In this document: positions 17,550-23,835 of the stretch, piece after piece
Numbering within the stretch: the stretch's first letter is position 1
How the letters are laid out: each line of letters starts with the position of its first letter
From: Longirhabdus pacifica
GTDB taxonomy: Bacteria > Bacillota > Bacilli > Paenibacillales > DSM-105158
Reading direction: 5' to 3'
Assembly: GCF_004115085.1 (NCBI RefSeq)
Contig: NZ_QXJP01000022.1
Location: 32,325 to 64,324 of the forward strand
Length of the DNA stretch: 32,000 nt
Made by a program: the position numbers and the translations under genes
The notes under the pieces: model-generated
The model's database searches: none
What the model saw: only the letters and a program-made list of their open reading frames with translations
Told to the model about the DNA's origin: nothing

Positions 17550-18136
17550 ACAACAAAAACACCACTTCTCTAGAAAAAGTGACCCAAGATATGTTGGACT
17601 ACTTGCCAAGTTACTATCAGGACAATCGTATCGTTAACAATGTCATGAAGTTAGAAGCAAGTGAAGTAAAAGCATTAAATGATGCAGTACAAGATGTACT
17701 GCATCAATTTTTTGTAGACAAAGCAACATGGGGCTTAGACAATTGGGAACGCATTTGTGGTATTACTCCAGATTACACTAAAACACATGAAGAGCGACGT
17801 GCTGTCGTGCGTTCAAAACTAAGGGGCATTGGTACTGTGAATATCGAGTTGATGAAAGAAGTGGCAGAATCTTATAACTACGGGGAAGTAGACGTAGAAG
17901 AATTACCTGCTCAATATCAGATTAACGTTAGATTTGTTGGGAAACTTGGTATTCCCTCTAACCTCGATGATATCAAACAATCGCTGCAAGAAATTATCCC
18001 AGCGCATTTGAACATTAGCTTTGAATTTACGTTCATCATTTGGAACGATATGGACGCTAACCAGTTTACATGGGATGAATTGGATGGTGAAAATATCATT
18101 TGGAGCGAATTTGAAGCTTACGAGGAGGCTTTATAA
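17546..18136 (+). CDS. xkdU: Baseplate/tail-fibre connector protein (XkdU-like, DUF2313), copy 1
   Basis: ATGA overlap with xkdT-like. ..MLDYLPSYYQDNRI..ATWGLDNWERICGI.. is the DUF2313 signature. Confidence 0.8.
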   Translation: MNNKNTTSLEKVTQDMLDYLPSYYQDNRIVNNVMKLEASEVKALNDAVQDVLHQFFVDKATWGLDNWERICGITPDYTKTHEERRAVVRSKLRGIGTVNIELMKEVAESYNYGEVDVEELPAQYQINVRFVGKLGIPSNLDDIKQSLQEIIPAHLNISFEFTFIIWNDMDANQFTWDELDGENIIWSEFEAYEEAL

Positions 18137-19749
18137 TGCCTGACTTAACGTCAAAATTAGGAATCAAAAAACCGCATGGGAATGAGTATGTGAAGCGGGA
18201 AATGTTTAATGAAAATTGGGATATTATTGATGAAAATAGCGCTTCCCAATCGCAGCTAGACACGCATGAAAGTGACACCACTGTTCACATCACACAGCAG
18301 GAAAGAGAGCAATGGAACGAAACAGAAGCAAATGCTAAAGCATACACCGACCAACTTAGCGATACAATGCACTTCCAACGTAACTGCCTCATACTAGGTA
18401 ATAACGACTGGACGTCACTAGTATATGACACAGATATGAGTAAAATTGCTTATGATCCAGAACAACAAGGGGGAATCGTGAAAGATGAAACCGCTGTTCT
18501 CATTCGCACACGTATACCTATTGATCCTGAAAGTACGTACTACGCTAGGGTAAAGGTGAAGAAGTTAAGTGGAAATGGTACGTTTTATTGTGGTGCTGCT
18601 TCATTAGATAGTGATTTTAATGCAATTATGAAAGATCAAGCAACTAATTATAATTATTTTGCAGCTTTAGCAGCTACACCACCTGTTAACAACACAATGA
18701 CCTATGAAGGCACAATCAAGGGATACAATATTGAGAATGAAGCTGATCACCATAAATTTGATCCCAATGCAGCCTATTTTGATGTTGTTATAGTCTGTAA
18801 TTACTTAAATGATGGTACTGGAACAGGACAAACTTTAATCGAATCGTTGGAAGTGTATAAAGCACCTAATACTTTATATGTAGGTGATGCAAGAGTACAA
18901 ACAAAGAAAACGATAGACTTTGTTGTAGAAGGCGATGCCAACACGTACTATCCCGTTGTGTTTGAGGGGGTAGAGTTTACTGAAAATACAAGAAAGCATC
19001 GATTAGATATTTATCGTTCATACGGTTGGCAGGCACCATCAAGTTGGTATCCTGATTCCACAAATCATTTTGCTGGATTAAATCTCATCATAGATCAAAT
19101 GTTAATAGGTTGGTCTGGTGCTTCGTATGAGATGGATGTTACGATCGGTCAAACTTTTGAAACAACGGTAGCTGACATTATATGCTCTAGACCTGATACC
19201 TCTGTAGTGATTGTTTGGATGCGAGGTGGAGGTGCGGCATATCAAATAAGCTCAACTTCACCAAACATAAAAGTGGAAATATATTACGATAAATATGAAC
19301 GAAATCCAAGAACAGATTTACCTGAGTATAATACAACTTATTATCCTAAAACTGAGGTTAATGATAGATTGAAAATATCTGAAGATGGAATATCGACAGG
19401 AATACTAACACGGTTTAATTCTTCTGCTAATCATTATATTGGAGGGGGAATTCGTGCACCGTTAAAAGGTAATAAAGTATTAACCCAAGCTGACATGGGC
19501 GAATGGGGATTCTCACCAAATAAAGACTTTCAATACTTTGGTAAAAATGCTTTAGCTGTCAAAGATTTAGCTGTGGAAGAAAAACTAGTAATTAACCAAA
19601 ACAATGATTTTTCCCATGGCGTTGAAGTTGAAGGAACCTTAACAAACAACGGAGACAAAGTGTTAACAGAAGGAACATTAAAAATAGATAGTGACGGTAA
19701 CCTAAAATTCTATAACGGACAAAACTGGAAAACCGTTCGCTACTATTAA
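18136..19749 (+). CDS. Tail fibre / receptor-binding protein 1 (XkdV-like N-terminus), 537 aa
   Basis: TAATG overlap with xkdU-like. The N-terminal ..REMFNENWDIIDEN.. anchor motif is shared with fibres 2 and 3. The C-terminal ..KVLTEGTLKIDSDGNLKFYNGQNW.. motif is also shared. Confidence 0.8.
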   Translation: MPDLTSKLGIKKPHGNEYVKREMFNENWDIIDENSASQSQLDTHESDTTVHITQQEREQWNETEANAKAYTDQLSDTMHFQRNCLILGNNDWTSLVYDTDMSKIAYDPEQQGGIVKDETAVLIRTRIPIDPESTYYARVKVKKLSGNGTFYCGAASLDSDFNAIMKDQATNYNYFAALAATPPVNNTMTYEGTIKGYNIENEADHHKFDPNAAYFDVVIVCNYLNDGTGTGQTLIESLEVYKAPNTLYVGDARVQTKKTIDFVVEGDANTYYPVVFEGVEFTENTRKHRLDIYRSYGWQAPSSWYPDSTNHFAGLNLIIDQMLIGWSGASYEMDVTIGQTFETTVADIICSRPDTSVVIVWMRGGGAAYQISSTSPNIKVEIYYDKYERNPRTDLPEYNTTYYPKTEVNDRLKISEDGISTGILTRFNSSANHYIGGGIRAPLKGNKVLTQADMGEWGFSPNKDFQYFGKNALAVKDLAVEEKLVINQNNDFSHGVEVEGTLTNNGDKVLTEGTLKIDSDGNLKFYNGQNWKTVRYY

Positions 19750-19802
19750 CATAGATAGTATGAAAAGAAACAACATTTGATCTACCTGCAACATACCAAT
19801 CA

Positions 19803-19870
19803 GCAAAAGATGTGGATGGGTAGCGACCTTTGCGGTTTATGCAAGAGGAGCACCCAGCCACATCTTTTGC
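19803..19870 (+). repeat. Structured intergenic repeat, copy 1
   Basis: Perfect 13-bp outer stem gcaaaagatgtgg / ccacatcttttgc, 5-bp inner stem tgggt / accca, conserved 29-nt core gcgacctttgcggtttatgcaagaggagc (19823-19851). Confidence 0.75.
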
Positions 19871-19882
19871 GTTTCAACTAGC

Positions 19883-19946
19883 AAAATACATGTATGCATC
19901 GCGACTTTTGTGAACTACGCAAGTGGAGCAAGCAGGCATATATTTT
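19883..19946 (+). repeat. Structured intergenic repeat, copy 2
   Basis: Stem aaaatacatgtatgc / gcaggcatatatttt (15 positions: 2 mismatches, 1 G-T). Core gcgacttttgtgaactacgcaagtggagc (19901-19929). It ends 5 nt before SD GGGAGG of the second xkdU. Confidence 0.7.
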
Positions 19947-19993
19947 ACCTCGGGAGGCTGAATACCATACTAACTCGAAAATATAAACAAGAA

Positions 19994-20545
19994 ATGCTAG
20001 ATTACTTGCCACGTTATTACCAAGATGCACGCATCCCACAAAACATCGTAAATTTAGAAGCTGAAGAAGTACAGCAACTAAATGATGCCGTACAAGATGT
20101 ACTGGATCAATTTTTTGTATCTACCGCCACATGGGGGTTAGAACACTGGGAGCGTATTTGTGACATCCCAACAGATAATTTTAAGCCCGTCCAAGAAAGA
20201 CGCTCTGTCATTGAATCCAAGCTAAGAGGGGTCGGTACCGTTAATGCTGATCTCATCAAGACAGTAGCTAAAGCATACGTCAATGGTGAAGTAGAAATTA
20301 CGGAAAATCAAAAGTTATACCAGATTAACATCACATTTGTGGGTCAGCGCGGCGTGCCATCTAACTTAGCAGACATACAAAATGCCATTAATGAAATCGT
20401 CCCAGCACACTTACAAACGACATTTACATTCACGTACTTACCGTGGAGTGAATTAGAAGGTTATAAAACAACCTATAACGATATAAAAGCCTATCAGTGG
20501 GGCGAATTACAAACTATGTTTCTAAATGATAGCAATTCAACATAG
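19994..20545 (+). CDS. xkdU: XkdU-like DUF2313 protein, copy 2 (paralogue of 17546..18136)
   Basis: MLDYLPRYYQDARI..ATWGLEHWERICDI.. is colinear with copy 1. The start is uncertain. ATG 19994 has no SD. SD GGGAGG (19952-19957) is 9 nt before an in-frame ATA (19967). The ORF-track GTG at 19910 lies inside repeat copy 2. Confidence 0.75.
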   Translation: MLDYLPRYYQDARIPQNIVNLEAEEVQQLNDAVQDVLDQFFVSTATWGLEHWERICDIPTDNFKPVQERRSVIESKLRGVGTVNADLIKTVAKAYVNGEVEITENQKLYQINITFVGQRGVPSNLADIQNAINEIVPAHLQTTFTFTYLPWSELEGYKTTYNDIKAYQWGELQTMFLNDSNST

Positions 20546-20577
20546 TTAAAACTCAACGATGCGATGCTTAACTGAAC

Positions 20578-20641
20578 AAAGAAAGTAAGTGAAAAGTGAC
20601 TTTTGCTATTTTTGCAAAAGAAGTGTTCACTCACTTTCTTT
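20578..20641 (+). repeat. Structured intergenic repeat, divergent copy (copy 4)
   Basis: 16-bp stem aaagaaagtaagtgaa / ttcactcactttcttt (1 mismatch). Core gtgacttttgctatttttgcaaaagaagtg aligns with the other cores and carries a perfect inner 7-bp hairpin cttttgc / gcaaaag. Confidence 0.6.
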
Positions 20642-20652
20642 ACGCCTACCTA

Positions 20653-20720
20653 GCAGAATATATGTCTGTGCCGCGACTTTTGTGACCTATGCAAGTGGAG
20701 CAAACAGACATATGTTTTGC
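20653..20720 (+). repeat. Structured intergenic repeat, copy 3
   Basis: 17-bp stem gcagaatatatgtctgt / acagacatatgttttgc (2 G-T pairs, no mismatch). Core gcgacttttgtgacctatgcaagtggagc (20673-20701) matches the copy 2 core at 27 of 29 positions. Confidence 0.75.
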
Positions 20721-20731
20721 CCCCTATGTTC

Positions 20732-20791
20732 CATCTCTACTATCGTTCTTTTTTAAGCGAATTAAGAGCGTACGATAGTAGAGATGTTTTT
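20732..20791 (+). terminator. Perfect 15-bp hairpin plus T-run just upstream of the fibre-2 RBS (terminator-like)
   Basis: catctctactatcgt (20732-20746) / acgatagtagagatg (20772-20786) with a 25-nt loop, followed by ttttta. The large loop makes its efficiency uncertain. Confidence 0.55.
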
Positions 20792-20833
20792 ATATACAGT
20801 AAAGTTGCAAGATGAAAGGAGAGGAAATAATAG

Positions 20834-23764
20834 ATGAGCAATAACAAAACCAACCATTTGAATCTGAATGTATGGGAATCATCAGATTACGTACTACACG
20901 AAGAATTCAATGAAAATTTTCAAACAATAGATCTTGAAGTAGCAGACGCAAAAGAACACCTAACAAATTTACAAGATGAAGTGAATGATTTAGAAGAGAA
21001 TGTTGAGCATATTAAGCAAAAACTAGCGGATACATCGGCAACGACCATCTCTTTACAGCGAGGACAAAACATTGTAACTACCGAACAAGCATCTGGTGTT
21101 CGTATGACAGAGATAATAGGGAGGACAATGGTTAACTTGTTAGGTAGCGATGGCAACTGTGAGGACACAAGTAAATTTTCCGTGCAAATTGCTTTAAAAG
21201 CGGATACATTCCAGCTAAGTAAAGCGGATGCAGTGTATGGTGGACATGGGATTCGTGCTACTTTCTCCTTAGTAGATGATTTGGAATATGGAACTAGTTT
21301 TTATGGTATACGGAATTACAACATCAAACAAGGGAAACACTATTTAGCTGCGGCACATATTAAAGATAGTAGTTCATCAATTAAAGGAAATGTTGCTGTA
21401 AGAAAATTTAATACGGAATATCATATTCAAAGTACAGATAGTAAATTAACATCGACATTAGACTATGTCACTTTCACAGCAGATGGAACAGAAGAGAGTG
21501 TAGGGATATATTTTAATGTTTTAGCTAATGAGCAATGGTGTGCTTTTGATGGCTTAAGGCTATACGAAATAATAGAAAGTGAAAAAACCTACATCGACTC
21601 ACTTAGTATCATAGAAGCGGAAAAATACATTGCAACGCGATATCCATATGTTGAAGGTTTACGTTCTTTAACAAATCCATATGTCATTCGTTATGGTAGA
21701 AATGTCATCCCTCCCTTTTCTGATTGGAATTTGTCGGAGGAAACTACGATAGATAAAGATTATAAACTTACATTACGTGCTACAGAACATGAGCGATGGA
21801 GCATCAGTCCGCCTATTTCAGTAGTTGCTGGTGAAGCCTATGCTTTTAGTGCTGACACTATGGACGGTAACGCCATCTATCAGTCGTGGAATGATGAAGG
21901 TGAGATCATAGAGGAAGAAGTCTTAGAAAATAACAGCTCACTTACCATTTCTGATGAAGCAGTGAAGATGACCATAAAAATAGGCAATACAGTGGAAAAA
22001 GGTACAGGTACATTCGGTTTTGAAAATTTAATGTTGGCGTTAGGCACAGCAAAAGTCAATTTTGAACCGCAAAACAATGATGAAATGTATGTCGAAACCG
22101 TCCTGCGATCAAGTATGGACGGTGAAGTATATGATTCGATCACTGAGCGAGACGGGATATTATACAAGAATAAGCGCATGGATCATATTGAGTTAACTGG
22201 AAAAATAATTTATAGATTAGTTGAAGATGTGTCAGGGGTAAAGAAAATAAGGCTTTCTAATGAATTTTTAGATAATTTCTTTAAGACATTTAAGAAAAAA
22301 CCAAACAAGCACCTATTAATAAAATATAACAATCAATTATTGGAACAAAGTATAGATGAAACAATAAAAGCAGATGCCTTTACTATATCGGAAGAAAAAG
22401 CTGTATTTATTTTTCTCTCCGACGAGGATACAGGCTGGGAAAATTATAATCCTTCTGAATGGGATATTTGTAGATATTTTAACGGTTGGAAATACATTGA
22501 TGGTGAGAAGTGGGAAAGCATTACAGGAAATAATGAAATTACAAATAGCTTACAATCACAAAAATCAATGCCTTCTAACTACACGCCTTATCAACTTCAA
22601 TATGAACTTGAAGAACCCATAGAAGAAGTAATTGAAGGTCAGTTAGGACTATCGTTTCTTACAGGGAAGAACCAAGTAGAGGTTGGTGAAGGAATTATTG
22701 TACAGGAGGAAGTTAGACCGAGAATTTTCAACTCTCAATACTGGATTAACGCTGCATTTGCAGAAAATCTTGGTGAACAATTGCCAAAGAAAAATTCAAA
22801 AATTTCATGTGTGTATCGGGACGGAAGGAAGGATGCTAATTGGAGTATTGCACCACATAATACTGATCTTGTATCTATGTATGGTAAAGAATACGCAGTT
22901 ATTTCTGAATATGACTATCATTCCGATTCAACTTACACCGTTACCTATCAAATGATAAATTCGTTAACTCCACCAATGTCTACAATGCATTTAGAATATG
23001 AGGGTAGTTTGCATACTGTAGTGGAATCTTTAGTGCAAAAAACAGCCGATCTGTCCAAGGAACTTACTTCTGTAACGAATAAAATAGATAGTGCTAAACA
23101 ATATTCCAACAAGTTAGAAAAAGAGATGCTGCATACCAAAGATACATTGTTGCTCGGTAATAATGATTGGTCCCCTTTAATATACGACTATAATAGTGAA
23201 GGATCTGTTGCATATCGTGCAGAGCATCAAGGTATTGTATTCACAGACGAGTGCTGGACAAAGGTTAGAATGAGAATGCCTGTTGACCCAGATAGTACGT
23301 ATTTTGTAAAGGCAAAAGTGAAGAAATTAGAAGGGGAAGAAGATACTAAATTTTGGTTGGGTGCGATCTCTCTTGATAACAATTATAACGAACTGCTTTA
23401 TGATACAGCCCATGTATACAATTATTTTGGAGCGGAGTTTCAAAATATATCGGCAGGAGAAACTGCATTTTTTGAGAGTGCAATTTCGGGTTATAACACA
23501 CCAGAGGAGAATTCCCATAATAAATTTGATCCAGATGCAAAATACTGGGATTTAGTGGTTATATGTAATTATGTAAATAGTTTAGACATTGTCGGAAAAG
23601 GTGAAACACTCATAGAATGGATTGAAGTAAGAAAAGCCCCATCCACTTTTTATGTAGGAGATAATAAAGTACTGGATGAAAGCACAATCCAAATCTCAAG
23701 CGACGGTAAGTTGCATTATAAATATAACGACAATTGGTATGAACTAAGTGGGATTCAAAAATAG
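20834..23764 (+). CDS. Tail fibre / receptor-binding protein 2, 976 aa (mosaic)
   Basis: N-terminal ..LNVWESSDYVLHEEFNENFQTID.. anchor. About 750 aa are colinear with fibre 3. The C-terminal 211 aa are homologous to fibre 1 aa ~77-253, plus the shared terminal motif ..ISSDGKLHYKYNDNWYELSG. SD AAAGGAGAGG upstream. Confidence 0.85.
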   Translation: MSNNKTNHLNLNVWESSDYVLHEEFNENFQTIDLEVADAKEHLTNLQDEVNDLEENVEHIKQKLADTSATTISLQRGQNIVTTEQASGVRMTEIIGRTMVNLLGSDGNCEDTSKFSVQIALKADTFQLSKADAVYGGHGIRATFSLVDDLEYGTSFYGIRNYNIKQGKHYLAAAHIKDSSSSIKGNVAVRKFNTEYHIQSTDSKLTSTLDYVTFTADGTEESVGIYFNVLANEQWCAFDGLRLYEIIESEKTYIDSLSIIEAEKYIATRYPYVEGLRSLTNPYVIRYGRNVIPPFSDWNLSEETTIDKDYKLTLRATEHERWSISPPISVVAGEAYAFSADTMDGNAIYQSWNDEGEIIEEEVLENNSSLTISDEAVKMTIKIGNTVEKGTGTFGFENLMLALGTAKVNFEPQNNDEMYVETVLRSSMDGEVYDSITERDGILYKNKRMDHIELTGKIIYRLVEDVSGVKKIRLSNEFLDNFFKTFKKKPNKHLLIKYNNQLLEQSIDETIKADAFTISEEKAVFIFLSDEDTGWENYNPSEWDICRYFNGWKYIDGEKWESITGNNEITNSLQSQKSMPSNYTPYQLQYELEEPIEEVIEGQLGLSFLTGKNQVEVGEGIIVQEEVRPRIFNSQYWINAAFAENLGEQLPKKNSKISCVYRDGRKDANWSIAPHNTDLVSMYGKEYAVISEYDYHSDSTYTVTYQMINSLTPPMSTMHLEYEGSLHTVVESLVQKTADLSKELTSVTNKIDSAKQYSNKLEKEMLHTKDTLLLGNNDWSPLIYDYNSEGSVAYRAEHQGIVFTDECWTKVRMRMPVDPDSTYFVKAKVKKLEGEEDTKFWLGAISLDNNYNELLYDTAHVYNYFGAEFQNISAGETAFFESAISGYNTPEENSHNKFDPDAKYWDLVVICNYVNSLDIVGKGETLIEWIEVRKAPSTFYVGDNKVLDESTIQISSDGKLHYKYNDNWYELSGIQK

Positions 23765-23835
23765 AGTAATTAGTTGTAAACATCGGCGTTAGTTCTTATC
23801 TAATTTTAGTAATGTGAAAGGAGAGGAAATAATAG

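Noticed and set aside
19910-19993. ORF-track GTG start and 28-aa N-terminal extension of the second XkdU-like protein
   Set aside because: The GTG lies inside the conserved core of structured repeat copy 2. The extension has no counterpart in XkdU copy 1, and the only SD (19952-19957) is downstream of it.
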